A stretch of DNA of 64,000 nucleotides, from NCBI RefSeq assembly GCF_006345805.1, contig NC_043013.1:31868001-31932000 (forward strand), in the 5' to 3' direction. How positions within the stretch are numbered: position 1 is the first letter of the stretch; each line of letters begins with the position of its first letter. Positions 39,150 to 53,174 of the stretch are shown piece by piece. The position numbers and the translations under genes were made by a program. The DNA comes from Octopus sinensis (lineage: Eukaryota). The notes under the pieces are model-generated. The model was not told the origin of the DNA, made no database searches, and saw nothing but the letters and a program-made list of their open reading frames with translations.

Positions 39150-39642
39150 ATACTATAATCATAAATGATTATATATTGAATTTTGAGATACTAGGAGGCA
39201 CCAACTCAACTCAGTATCAGAGCGAGCTAGAATCCGCAACTAGTATCACCGAATTCAAATTTGTGAATGAAACGATTGTGTCAACAGCCCCTTCCCACCC
39301 GCGTGTAGCCAAAACAAGATGCTGTGGTCATCTACTGAGATAAAATATGGTTATCCGTAATAATGAAGGGTGAAATTAATTAATTTGGAATAATTATCAA
39401 TTACACCAAGTAGTCTTCGGCATGTAAAAGCCTCATTCGAGGGAAATTTAAGTAATACTAAGCAATAAGGGTTTAGCAACGAATTGCCTTACCACATACC
39501 GAATTTAGAAATAGCAGTCAAAGGGTTATAGCTATTTCTTCTACTAAAAAGGGAGATCTCAGTAAAAACAGCAATTGGAAGGCTGACCCAAACAGGTAAG
39601 AGAGAATGAATTAACTGCAATCTATCAACATTTTTAAAGTTA

Positions 39643-39749
39643 TCCACGGACGTACGTTTCGAAATCAAGTTTTCAGGAAAGCATAAGAATCAAATATTAA
39701 ATATTAAATAATTCTATCTTACCGAAACTTCTTTTCTCTTCAGCGTAGA
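39643..39749 (-). ncRNA. Type I hammerhead ribozyme, canonical core (copy 2)
   Basis: Same core and stems as copy 1; predicted cut between 39649 and 39648. Confidence 0.85.
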
Positions 39750-42700
39750 TACTATAATCATAAATGATTATATATTGAATTTTGAGATACTAGGAGGCAC
39801 CAACTCAACTCAGTATCAGAGCGAGCTAGAATCCGCAACTAGTATCACCGAATTCAAATTTGTGAATGAAACGATTGTGTCAACAGCCCCTTCCCACCCG
39901 CGTGTAGCCAAAACAAGATGCTGTGGTCATCTACTGAGATAAAATATGGTTATCCGTAATAATGAAGGGTGAAATTAATTAATTTGGAATAATTATCAAT
40001 TACACCAAGTAGTCTTCGGCATGTAAAAGCCTCATTCGAGGGAAATTAAGTAATACTAAGCAATAAGGGTTTAGCAACGAATTGCCTTACCACATACCGA
40101 ATTTAGAAATAGCAGTCAAAGGGTTATAGCTATTTCTTCTACTAAAAAGGGAGATCTCAGTAAAAACAGCAATTGGAAGGCTGACACAAACAGGTATTTA
40201 TATATATATATTCTTTCAAGACCAAGTTTTATATTTCATCTGTAACTTAATTTTCCTGTGTTAGGAATAGGAATGGGGATATGAAAAATTTTAGCAGCTT
40301 GAAATCCAGTATTATGTTCCCACAGACAGTAATTAATTCGTGGGACTTAGCATATTTAGATAATGGACAATTCTTATAAACGCTGCACACTTGTACAGAT
40401 TGTCAAGACAATTCCCCGCTAATATTACATTATGTCAACGCGTTGTTTTGTCAAGGACACCTATTTGACTGTAAACATATGGCGAATTATCGAGTAATTA
40501 AATAGTGTCAATCTAGCATCTCAACAATCATGATGGGACTAGAGCAACTACAATGACAAGTGAGCTTCTGATACATCTGGGCATTAATGCAGATTTGTCT
40601 CTTTTGTGTTCTAACATATCGAAGCAATCATCCTAACAAAGGATGCACCCAACTATTAGCTGATGTTCCATGCGCACCTTTCAATTTTCTTTCAACTTCT
40701 TCATTTATAAATACATTCTTTTGTACAATTATTACAGTCTAATAATTTTAGATACTGGAGTTTTGCTGATCCCTACTTTGACATCAAAAATATCAGTGTA
40801 TATCAGTTAATACTACGAATACATCCTGATAATTTTCAATGCATTTTAAAACCTAAAGTAATTCCTGTTTTTAAGTGCATTACTTAAATGAATTTAACGG
40901 TAAACAAAGAGCTTTCGCGCAAAATTTCGATCGTCTAATACGCACACAAACATATACATACAGAAATATAATTATAAATATACATGTATGCATGTTAGTG
41001 CGTGCGCACACATATACACACACCGCACACTCACACACACACATGCACACGCACATTCGTATATATATATATACGAGTAGCTTGAAGGTATATTGTTTTG
41101 TACTCACTCAGGCATTTTAACAACGTCTATCATTATCAATTTGTTATTTTGTCTGGCATTAATTTATATTCATACCGATTTCCTTTCTTTTCAGTTGTTC
41201 CAGAACGAATTGTTTCATTAAGACTGCGTACTATTTGACTATTGTAAATGCCTATAAATAGAAATATACGTGGGAAGTTATACAATTTCTGAGTATAGCT
41301 TATAAAGTAAACTTTAGTAACATCATATTTCATTGTATTTTGTACATTTTATTGAAAATACCGCCTTTTTCTTCTAAATCATTGATCTATGTTTATATGA
41401 TGAAATAGAAATTTTAATACGATCGAATTTAGTCAACATAAAGAAGCTTTCAATAGAATCTTCATAAAATTCTCCACTCTTTGATTGAGCATTGTATAGT
41501 TATTTCTACATTATTACTAATGTCGTTCAACACAACAATATGTAACTGCATTTAATGAGAAAAATCAATATCTTTCTATGTGAATTATAACAATCTTATT
41601 TATTGAGATGTGTACAAAATTAGTCACTATAAAGAGTATTATTTGGCAAAGTGTTGTTTCAAATTTCATTAAAAAAATTTATTGATATCCTTTTGATTAC
41701 ATTCACAAAAAGTCTTAAACCCGTGATTTTTCAAAGAACAATACAATAGTAGGTTTCCCGGAATTTAAAAGTGTTAGTTTAATTGCAGACAGAGTTCATT
41801 TCTTTTCCTGTATAATACAAATTTTCCTTCCAGAGGCATGATCCTAGAAATATTGCATGATTGTGTCGCTACATATCTATTGTATTAACCTTAATCAAAT
41901 ACGTGTATTATTTATTTGGCTAAAAATGAATGCTTCAATTCTTATTGCACTAATTCATCTGGGGAATTCGTATAACTAATAAAAGCAACAATAGATTTAT
42001 TATGTTCGACATTGTCGAATTTTTCCCGCTGATGTAAAAACCAAGCCTGTCTTCAAGAAATGGAGTTCGTCAAATTATGTACCGTAATCACGTAGTCCGA
42101 CAATGAAATATTAAGGAACTTGGATGGAGCTGTTACTTGGCAACAAAATCTATAGAGAAAAGAAAGATGCATCAGTGGGCACTTTCGAGGAATCAGAAGT
42201 AGCGGAAGTGATTATCCTGCACACTCTTCGGAGGCTCCAACGCGAAATACGATAGGCTGATGTAAGTTTGTGCAAGTATGATGACTAGAGAGAATCCCAA
42301 TAGAAGTGGGAATGATAGGGACAACATTGCAATGAATCTACTTAGGTTTTTCTAACAATTACATCAAATATCACAATAACAACCAGAATAAGCCCAAAAA
42401 TGTTCATAGATAATAGCGTGGTTTTGAATACTAGTAAACACCAGCGTTACCGCAAGCTTACAGAAGATATTCACTGATGATAATGACTCACACTGAATCA
42501 TTAAGTATATTACAAGTAACGTTTGTATGCGCATTTGTAACCCATTTCTATAATACAATAGGAAGAAGCAGATTTAATGACAAAATTATACGGAACACGC
42601 TTTCGGTGTCGGTTAAGACACAAGCGCAGAAGAATTAACGTGATTCAATTATGAATGTATGCACGTATATGTACCTAGACATTTTGTAAAATGTTTAATT

Positions 42701-45404
42701 ATACGCCTTCCCAATCCCCATGCACACAGAAATTTAAAATAAATAAAGCGAATTCTACATCAGAAATACTATCAGGCAATTTTCCATAAGGGCTAAAGAA
42801 TACCGTTATTCTAATACTTCTTTTGTCAAAAAACACCCACGGAAATACCACATCCAATAAACATTGGGAAACTGAGAATAAAAGAAGATATTTTAATTAA
42901 AAAGTACAACCCATGAATTCTTAAGAAACGTCAATAGAATACAGATGATCGGATACTATAGCAAGGCAAAACCACAGTTCATACACACACACTGTACATA
43001 AATGAAAATAAAATTTTCCCTATAAGTCTCCTGACGAAGTTGCTTAACGGTATTTCGTCTTGCCTCCCCTCCATTCGAGTGCGATAAAACAAGCACTAGT
43101 TGAGCGGTGGTACGATGTAAACGAGATCACAGTGCTAGCCTTGCGCTAAAGGATTTTAAAAAATTTTATACCACAACAAAAATTCTTGCTTGATTGAAAC
43201 TGCCTTCGCTTCCAAAGAATGTAGCTTCTGCCACCCTACTTCTTTTGGAAACACGTCCATTTGTCAAGTCGGGCGCATTAATCTCCGTTTGGATTATGTA
43301 GGTGCATAGACAAGTTATTTGAACATGATAAAGGGATTTTAAGTGTAAGATATTATTTGTGTGTGTGTATACATACATACACACGAATATATATTATATG
43401 CACATACGCACACACGCATATATAAATATATATATATATGTATATATTAGAAATGTTATACACGCACGCTCACACACACACAGAAATGTTACATATGTGT
43501 GTATGCGTGTTGTGCCCGATGCAGAGAAGCGCGCTTCAAAGTAGCGATTATACACACGCACACACACATATATATATATATATATATAAATGATTTTCAA
43601 ATAAAACTCTTAAAGGTACAAGACCTATTATCCATTATACAAATGGACGATCAGTGTAATGCTCAGCTGCATATTTTATTATAAATATTACATTTAGTCA
43701 TGTATCAAGGAAGTTCATAAAATTTCTCTGAAAGACAGGAACCAATTTACTAGTTTTATATCGAATAATTTCAAAATTACTCCATGAAAGTTTGCCGAAT
43801 GTTATTGTCAAATTTCTCACCCTAGCAATGCTAAAGAGAAAGAATGCAATATCAAAGAAAAGTATTTCCGTGAAATGCCAGTAGAAACGTAGCATAGTTT
43901 CATTGTAATAAACTTATCCTTTATCAACCTATTGTTTATGAATGAAGTTACATAATCCCCCATCGCTCTATGTTTATCTGATCAAGTAGTCCATTCAAAG
44001 CGGTTAAATTTGACGGTGTTGTTTAGTATTTTTCTTATTTTTTGGCATAATGGTGTGTATTATAATATTCTCTCATGGAATTGAAGCATTCAGTTTTCAC
44101 AATGAGTACGTGATTATGCTATACTTAATAACATAACTTTTGATAAAAGAAAAACACGTTTTGGGCTTTATTCAATAGCTTACATAATTCAATCTAGCAA
44201 TTTAAAGATGTGATAATGCGTTGCTTGTAACTACTAAATTATTACGCATGTTCCTCAGGATCATAAGATCCAGTAGTCTATTGTCTTCAGATCTGTAACG
44301 TTAAAAATTCAGGAAGATCATTATTTTGCAATCTCAATTCACGGAAGTTTAAGATAATTGAATCCTCATTTCTGACAATTAATGAAGAAAATTCTGCCGT
44401 GTAGTATTCAGTGGGCTTTAATATAATTACGCGTTCATCAACAGACGAATAATCATGAGTTAAGAATTCAGGATAATTAAATTTTAGTTACCAGTAATCA
44501 TAAAATCTATGGGTTTATAAAATAAAGTACAATAAATTGCCTCATTTTAATGAAATATTTGATTATTAAAATCACAAACACAATTATACAGGGTATCAAC
44601 AAGTTGTATACACAGTTTAGCAGATAATAACTAACTTAATTTTTATTCCGTGTTAGATTTACCCCACGAAATATAATAAGAGCCATGGTAAATGAAATGC
44701 AACCGAAACAACATTGCGAACGTAGTCGAAATAAACAGACATTTTCGGAGGAAGTTTCAAACAGATTCATATACGCCACTTGCCATCATTCGAATTAGAT
44801 GTAAATGTGACGCGCATACAACCATTCAGAATATCATCAGGAAACGACTCTGATGGTCGCAGGTATCGACAAATTCTACAAAGTAAGAAAGGGTAATAGA
44901 GTTCTGTAAATTTTAAGCAAGAAATTTCTTTAAGAAGTTTATTTGAGACAAAATATCACTCCCAGTGCAGTTCCGCGGTTTTTTATATACATAGATTATA
45001 TAAACCTTTATAATAATACTAATTCAAATGCATTCATTGAATAAATGTTAAACCTTATAGCGTTGTACAAATCAGCAAATAATTTGTTTATAGGGTTCTG
45101 TATAGAAACAACAACTTTATTGCCGCCAGAATGTCAAGGAGTGTTCATCACTAAAGAGACCAAATCGGCTCCAAGCACCGATAATATTTTCATCAACCTC
45201 AGCTTTTAACTCACATATCTCTTTGAGAAGTTTTCACTTACTCTTGTTGTATGCTTGTATATACAAAAGAAATATACTGCACATCCATTCGACTAAAGGG
45301 ATTTTGAACGCAATATTTACAAGCTGGTATATATAGTTTTGTTTCAGGGATGAAGTATATATATAGACATATACATGCATATATATTACTCCTTACTCTT
45401 TATT

Positions 45405-45642
45405 GTTTTACTTGTTTCAGTCATTTGACTGTGACTACGCTGGAGCACCGCCTTTATTTGAGCAAATCGATCCCAGGACTTATTCTTTGTAAGCCTAGTA
45501 AATATTCTATCCACTCACAAGGCTCTGATCGGCCCGAGGCTATAGTAGAAGACACTTGCCCAAGATCCCATGCAGTGGGACTGAACCCGGAACCATGTGG
45601 TTCGTAAGCAAGCTACTTGCCACACAGCCACTCCTACGCCTA
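45405..45642 (-). mobile_element. SINE S2, internally deleted
   Basis: Tail TACTTGTTTCAGTCATTTGACTG and head CACACAGCCACTCCTACGCCTAT. Confidence 0.85.
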
Positions 45643-46132
45643 TATACACACACACAAACGCATATATATATATATATATATATATGCGCGTGTGTGCATG
45701 TATATAGATAGAGATGCAAAAATGCTCATACACATGCATATGCATATACATGTGTGTGTGTGCGTGAGCGTGTTTGTAAATTAAATTGCTGAGTGGTGAG
45801 TTAAGTAATTCACTGATTAACAGACAACGGATCTTTCAGTGCGGCTGTCAGGGTATCAATCAATGAAATATCACCACTTCCGTAATTTTAAGCACAATTT
45901 AGCATAGGCCGGACCGTTTATGATTTTTGTGTCCACTGCATGGATGCTTTCTCTTTTGATGTGTTGTTTGGTCGGATGTCTGTTTATCTATCGTCAAAGA
46001 ACGAATATAACTTTAGCACACCCCCTATTCAATTTTTCTTTCACCTACTTACTTCTCCCTTTTTACTTTTATTCATTTATTTTTGCATTTCCAAGGTCAT
46101 CGTCAAAATTTACGGATGAACTATCATCATAT

Positions 46133-46227
46133 ATGTGTGTGTCTGTGTGTGTCTGTATGTGTGTGTCTGTGTGTGTCTGTATGTGTGTGTCTGTGTGTGT
46201 CTGTATGCGTGTGTCTGTGTGTGTGTA
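46133..46227. repeat. 24-bp minisatellite x4 (ATGTGTGTGTCTGTGTGTGTCTGT)
   Basis: Direct reading; the 8-aa periodicity MCVSVCVC appears in the ORF track. Confidence 0.85.
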
Positions 46228-46231
46228 TTAA

Positions 46232-46460
46232 GGCGGCGAGCTGGCAGAATCGTTAGCACGCCGGGCGAAATGCGTAGCCGTACTTCGTCTGCCGTTACGT
46301 TCTGAGTTCAAATTCCGCCGAGGTCGACTTTGCCTTTCATCCTTTCGGGGTCGATTAAATAAGTACCAGTTACGCACTGGGGTTGATATAATCGACTTAA
46401 CCTGTTTGCCTGTCCTTGTTTGTCCTCTCTGTGTTTAGCCCCTTGTGGGTAGTAAAGAAA
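46232..46460 (+). mobile_element. SINE S1, full length
   Basis: Matches 24827-25060 and the reverse complement of 10255-10484. Confidence 0.9.
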
Positions 46461-47765
46461 CAGTGTGTAGGTTTGCGCAAAGAGGTTTCTGCATGCAAGT
46501 GAAACGTTGCTTGTCGTTTATCTAGTCTAGTTTTAGACTTACCTGTCCACACTTGTCAACTAAGGGTTCAATGAGCTGCTTCTGTGTTATTGTATCTCGA
46601 TGAATATTTGATTATTTACCGACAAAATTCTTTGTAGTATGTACTAGTAAATTTACTATCTGATTTCAGAGTTTTCCTGTCCGATTGACTTTATCCTTTG
46701 TTCTTCTGTGTGATGAAATAAATAGTAAATACTTTATTGCAATTCACTCTACTCTATGTATCATCCACAAAAAGATTCGCACTTGGAGTAAGAACTCCAG
46801 ATATATCAAGTTTCATTTCTTTCGTGTTTTAAGTACGATGTATGGAGCGCGTCAAAATGTTGTGTGCTAATATAATCATTTTTAGTTTTCTTAACTAATT
46901 GGTATCTGATAAAGCAACAACTGAATTGTTTGTCTTCTGTTCATTGCAAAACCCCTGTGTCGCTTATTACATGCACACTTGGTTTCCAGTGGTAGCGTGT
47001 CAGAAATAATAAGGTTAATTGTTACAAATGTTGTAAGGTATTGATTGAAGCAGAGGGAAGGAAGACCGCTTTTTTTAGCATTCATATTAAAGAAAGAACT
47101 ATTACACTATGTCTGTGCGTGAGTTATTCTATTTCTGAAGCATTTACGCTTGTTATTGACCTGCAAATATTAATGATTCATGAAAGCACACTTTATTTTT
47201 TATATGCTTTTTAGTTCATCGGCTTTTGTTGGCGGTAATTAAATAATTATCTCGCGAAAATGTTTAAAATGGACTATATTACTAAGGCAATCGATGCTAA
47301 CAATGTTAGTATCTGGAAAAAATAATTAAACAAAACAGCGAATAATACGTTGAAATAATATTGTCAGCATTAACTACTCAATTGCGAGCAAAAGTGGTAA
47401 CATAAAGACATTCAGTTAACTTATGGAATGATCTAGTTTATTAATCACACTACTGTGTCCGTAAAATAAGTGCATTCATATACATAATGTTACCAGTGTG
47501 GGAGTTTAAAAGGAAATATTTTACTGAATGAATACATTTCTTTGCCAAAAGAAAAATGTATATACATATCTAACAATATTTATTATTGAATAATGTTTTC
47601 GATCAACAACTTATACATATTAACCCTTTCTTGATTATGATTTTGCAGAATGGTAAACAATAGGTCAATTGTTTCCCTGTGTTTAGTTCAGTATTTCCTT
47701 TTTCTTCATAATAACGCAGCAGGCATTTGATCTGTACTCTGTTGCCCCTGGTATGATGTCCTATG

Positions 47766-48958
47766 TATCAGGCTGAGTAAAATGTAAGCAACGTTTTGAA
47801 ACATGAAATTCATCACAATGTAGTTCAACAATGCGGGGATTGTATTCATCAAAGTATCATTACAATCAACACATTTTTGCCTACGAGTTACAAGTTTGTT
47901 TATTCTGATAGCATAAAATTGTGGAGCTGATGAACTACAGATTTCGCACTTTCAGCATCGGTTTGATTTTTGAATTCCTTCTCTCGCAGGAAGCCATCAA
48001 TGCGCTTGAAAAAGTGGTAATCAGTAGGAAAATGGTCTCGAGTCGGGAGGAACTTCGTAGCCAGGTTTCCTCAACTTTTGGAGCGTCATTAGTGAAACGT
48101 GTGGTTCAGCATTGTCATGAAGAATCATTGCTTCTCTTCTGTTGATCAATCTGGGATGCAGGAATAGCATATTTTCGTTCATTTATGCAATGTCATGGCA
48201 ATATGTTTCTGCAGTAATGGTTTTTTGGGGTTTAAGAAATTATAGTAGATGACTCCAGCAGTACACCATCAAACAGTCACCATAACCTTCTTTTTGGAGA
48301 GCTTGGATTTAGGGAAGAACGTTCTTTTTTTATTGTACAGGTCTAACTTTCATTGCAAGTTAGAATACGGTTGAGAAATGGATCAGTCTTGTTACGGAGA
48401 AGCGAGGAGCAAATTTCATATCTGCGCATTTTCTTATTTTCATTCAAATCGTGTGGTACCCATCTATCGAGCCTTTTTGATTTTCCGATCGCATGCAAAT
48501 TGTTGCAGGCTGTTTTCTGCTTCACTTGAGGTTCTTCTGCCAGTTTTCAAGTGGTTTTACGTGGATTTTTCTCCATGGCAGTCTTTAACTGACCGTCATC
48601 GATGATAGATGGGCGTCCACTATGCTCACGATCTTCAAGACTCAGGTCACCACTATGAAATCGTTTAAACCATTTTTGAGCCAAATGTTTCGTTGATATC
48701 GCGAGCAGTTTCAACTACTTTATGTCCTTTTTTGAATAGCAAAATTGCTCGAATATTGCGCTTTGACAGTTCCATTTCAGATGCTTGTAACAAGGATGAA
48801 AAAAATATCAATGCTAATTTATGGATGCACTTGGGCAAGTCAACGTGTGTATTATCAGACAATTTCAAAAACATGTTTTAAAAAATTCCGGTACAAAAAA
48901 TCCGGTACAAATTCTTCATGCTTCAAAACGTTGCTTACTTTTTTCACTCAACCTGATA
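47766..48958 (-). mobile_element. Mariner DNA transposon with TIRs and TA ends; transposase decayed
   Basis: TIRs TATCAGGCTGAGTAAAATGTAAGCAACGTTTTGAA and TATCAGGTTGAGTGAAAAAAGTAAGCAACGTTTTGAA (reverse complement). Peptides MELSKRNIRAILLF...ETARDINETFG and LDRWVPHDLNENKK...DPFLNRILTCNE. Confidence 0.9.
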
Positions 48959-50279
48959 TTATTGATGTATCATTAACATGGAGAAATTGAAAGAAAACAT
49001 GAAAATCTTTCTAAAAAATAAAAGATTCATAGTATCTCATGAAAAGATATTAATGTTATCCTACTTGGAGTGAATTTGTGCAAACATGCAAATTAAATCT
49101 TTCAACTTTGCGCACTTTTAGTTCCTACTGAGAATATGATTTAATACACACAGCATTTAAATATGTGTTACTATAAGTATGAGGCTTCTGATAGTTCATG
49201 GCACGCTATACAAATTCATCTTCTTATTGTTCTACTGAAGCATTAAACTTTTAGTAGCTCACACTAAAATCATGTGTATAATTGATTATACACACACACA
49301 AACACATACACGCACATGCATATATATAGGTATGTGTGTGTATGTAGACATGCATGCTTGCATGTATGTATGCATATATATATTAATATATGTATATCTA
49401 TATCTACATTCATATACGTGGTATGTGTGTTTATTTGTGTGTGTATATGTGTGTATATGTACGAAAGTTCCGATAAATAAGGTTATATGAACGGTTTTTA
49501 TTCTACGCCCTTCATAAACTTCATAATCTTACAGGAGTTTTATGTCACGTTAAAAGAAATTAAAACCTTAAGAGATCGTATCGTTCGACAGCTTAAACAA
49601 GGAATAGTGGACAGAAATGATCGCATATTAAGTGTTCCACATGAGACTGCTTGTTACAATTTACAGTACAGAATACAAGTTCACGTTGGCCTACAAAGTC
49701 GTGTTTATTTGTTTTCGTAGCAAGCATAACAAAGCTATAGACAACATTAATAACATTGGCACCTTGATTTCCATAAAATATATAAATGTATCAACAGCAA
49801 ATTCTTTAATATATTTCTCTCTCATATAATTCGAGAGCTAATCTTCTGTTTTACTTATTCAACATGGAGCTTAATAATTCGCAGGTTTTCTCCTTTATAT
49901 ATTTTGCCTTCAAATCCAGTCACGATCAACTGTCTTTCTCATGTAATTGATAAAATATAGCAATATTCCACTAATGGGTTTAACCACATCAACTAAGACT
50001 TATCAACATTTTGTGGGAAAGACACTTTATTATTTTATAAATAGCTTCACAGACGAAATTAATTACGTATTTCGGTATGGCAACGCTTCAAGATTTCTTC
50101 TTCTCATGCTCGGTATTTGAGACAGAAAGTAACAATTTCATGCACACTAATAAATACTCTATGTTCTTAATTGCAAAAGATACTGCGATTTTTATACTAG
50201 TAAAACCAGACTATGATAATTAATTATATAGCTTGCGATTTGTAACAACATATTCAGCAGCACATTAACAATTTAATTC

Positions 50280-50315
<36 letters not shown>

Positions 50316-50331
50316 GTGCGTGCGTGTGTGT

Positions 50332-50374
<43 letters not shown>

Positions 50375-51020
50375 GCGTGTGTGCGTGTGTGTGTATGTTT
50401 TTATGATTGTTTTTAAATGTGTGTATATCACAGTCTGGCATAGAAATAATGATTTAAAGCTACGAAACTTATTGACCAGAAATAAATAATGTTTGACCAG
50501 AATTTCAAAGTATTGTATATTGACGGAATGTGAAAAAACATTTGGTAGTAAAATTCGATGAAACGTAAAAAGAATTAATTTCTTCCATATTTAACGCAGG
50601 TCTTGCCCTACAGGAGGATATGGCTTCATTGTATTACATACTCTTGTTTCTCATGAATAAAAATCTAGGCTACTTTACGACTGAAGAAGCTTGACCACGT
50701 TATTGATTGAATTGGGAAAGTTGAGTACATCTTCTCTGAGGATCTGACATACTATTAAATGGAGGTTTATAGTATAAATATTTTATGTTTTGATAATCTG
50801 CACGACAAATTGCACGGAAGTTAAACAGTAAGCTATTTGTGATACCTCTCGACGAACACTTGCACATAGATATAAGCGTATAAGTCGCCCATCATCAACC
50901 AGCCCTTTGCAGATATTAAATTATTCTCTCGAGACCTTTCAAATGATACACAGGTTTGCAATAAATTATGTTAGCTGTGTCAGGCAAACACGAAGAAGTC
51001 CGACAATAAATACACTACAA

Positions 51021-51139
<119 letters not shown>

Positions 51140-51152
51140 TATAATATATATA

Positions 51153-51315
51153 GTTCATCCAAACAAGAAAGCACAAAAAACACAACAACGCGAGGACGTG
51201 GAACAAATATAGTATTATTAAACGCTCAGGAAAGAAGTGAAGAAGGAGGGTTTAACGTTTCGAGCGGAGCTCTTCGTCGGAAACATAGGAGAAGGGAAGA
51301 CAGAGGAAAAAAAAA
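51153..51315 (-). mobile_element. Family B repeat copy 2, with minimal HHR variant at 51250-51284
   Basis: Homologous to 1626-1822; (TA)n on both sides. Confidence 0.75.
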
Positions 51316-51380
51316 TTATATATAAAATACAGTGTACATTTAAACACGTTAAGAGTTATCCATCATAGGACTACCTTATG

Positions 51381-51640
51381 CTAGAAGGAACAACTAAAAT
51401 CAAAACCACTAATTGGGGATAAAATCTCGAAGGGAATAAAAACTAAAACCATTTACCATTTTTTCCTGGACCATGGTTTCTGACTATTTTTTTAATTTGC
51501 CAGGCGAAGTCTTGGTCTACAGGTACGCCTGGCAAATCATTTTAAGTCAGAAACCATGGTCCAGTAAATGTTTTTATTTTTCATTCCCTTCGAGATATTA
51601 TCCCTAATTATTTGTTTGGACTTTAGCTATTCCTTCTTAG
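51381..51640. repeat. Long imperfect foldback (arms 51381-51506 and 51526-51640, 19-nt loop)
   Basis: CTGGACCATGGTTTCTGACT/AGTCAGAAACCATGGTCCAG is a perfect 20-bp pair. Also ATTTGCCAGGCG/CGCCTGGCAAAT and ATCTCGAAGGGAAT/ATTCCCTTCGAGAT. Confidence 0.9.
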
Positions 51641-51700
51641 GCTGATGAAAACCTTGTAAGTGAATTTAGTTGATGGAAGGTGAAGACCGTTGTATATATA

Positions 51701-51761
<61 letters not shown>

Positions 51762-52298
51762 ACCAAGCGATTGGTTTCGTCAAAATTTCTCTGAGCATTA
51801 GAATCCGTTTCTACGGTGTTTCTTATCGCACGACTAACTATATTGTCCCATCGGGCGATGGTGAGAGGCTGCTTTAAGTGAATTAGTTCTTGTTGTTCAA
51901 CTGTAAGGCACTTATGAAGCACATGTTCAAAATTACATTAACAGCATTTAAATAGTAACATTTTCATTGCTTGTTGTCAAACATGAAATCAGCTAATGGA
52001 TCCTAAGGATAAATTGCCATTGATAATAGCTTATGTTACGATTCACTAATCCCTATTTGCTAAACAAACTAATAATGCAACTCATTTGTTAAGAGGGGTT
52101 TACTTCAGTTTATTATAATCATTTTGCATCCCTCGATCTCACAGCAAGATGTTTAATCGCACATGGGGGAATTGTGTGTCTTCGGTTATTTGTTATTATA
52201 ATGAATAATATATGGAAATTTATTTTCTCTCGTTAAAGTGGGATACACGTATGCATGTATTCGTGTATATATGTGTATATGTATATATATATATATAT

Positions 52299-52353
<55 letters not shown>

Positions 52354-52374
52354 ATATATAATATATATATATAT

Positions 52375-52406
<32 letters not shown>

Positions 52407-52730
52407 ATATATTATATATATATAATATATATATATATTATAATATATATATATATATATAATATATATATATTCATGTATGGATGTTGCTATGTGCGTT
52501 AGTCTAGCAAGTGCGGTTCATAAATAGTTCACTTGCAGGCAATGCTGAGTCATCGTTTAGGGAAATCCTAACCAATCCCAAAGGCTAAGACATGTATGGA
52601 AATATTATGAAAGTAAAACAGTTGTTCACGAGACTCATCTTTCTTTCTCTCTGTGTATATATAGAGATGTCACTATTTCATTTAATACATTTATGTAATA
52701 TATATATTTACATATATGCATCTATGTATA

Positions 52731-52761
<31 letters not shown>

Positions 52762-52766
<5 letters not shown>

Positions 52767-52999
52767 GGCTGCATGGCTTGGTGGTTAGTGCGTCGAGCTT
52801 ACTATCGTGAGTTTGTTAGTTCGATTCCTGGACCGAGCTGCGTGTTGTGCTCTGGAGTAAGAGCCTTGTTTTCACGTTGCTCCAGTTCAGTCAACTGTAG
52901 AAACGAGTTGCGCCAACCCCTATCGGCCATTGTCTTTCCCTGGGCTAATATCGGTGGCGCGCGGAGGGGAGGCTGGTATGACCGAAAGGGGTCATCCTC

Positions 53000-53000
<1 letters not shown>
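52762..53000 (+). mobile_element. tRNA-derived SINE family S4
   Basis: GTGAAGGCTGCATGGCTTGGTGGTTAG head and TTTTCACGTTGCTCCAGTTCAGTCAACTGTAGAAA core. Homologous to 63733-63981. Confidence 0.8.
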
Positions 53001-53071
<71 letters not shown>

Positions 53072-53174
53072 TGTGTGTGTGTGTAAGTATGTAATAAGGC
53101 ACGAAAAGAGAATGACTCTCCTCAGACACAATAAAATATATGTATTTATATGTGTGTGTGTGTGTTTGTGTCAA

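Larger units (their letters stand above)
38857..40196 (-). repeat. Tandem array of a ~598-bp non-coding unit (family C, about 2.2 copies) flanked by (TA)n
   Basis: TACTAAGCAATAAGGGTTTAGCAACG starts at 38857, 39456 and 40054. The copies are nearly identical. Confidence 0.95.

Noticed and set aside
38857-40196. CRISPR-like or satellite interpretation of the tandem array
   Set aside because: The units are ~598 bp and near-identical, with no short repeat/unique spacer pattern. The context is eukaryotic.
49487-49720. ORF with an acceptor-like TTACAG and the peptide EFYVTLKEIKTLRDRIVRQLKQG
   Set aside because: No donor site or recognisable family; insufficient support.
51641-51680. CTGATGA motif after the foldback
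   Set aside because: No GAAA or stem III follows. The downstream sequence is a decayed S2 SINE segment.
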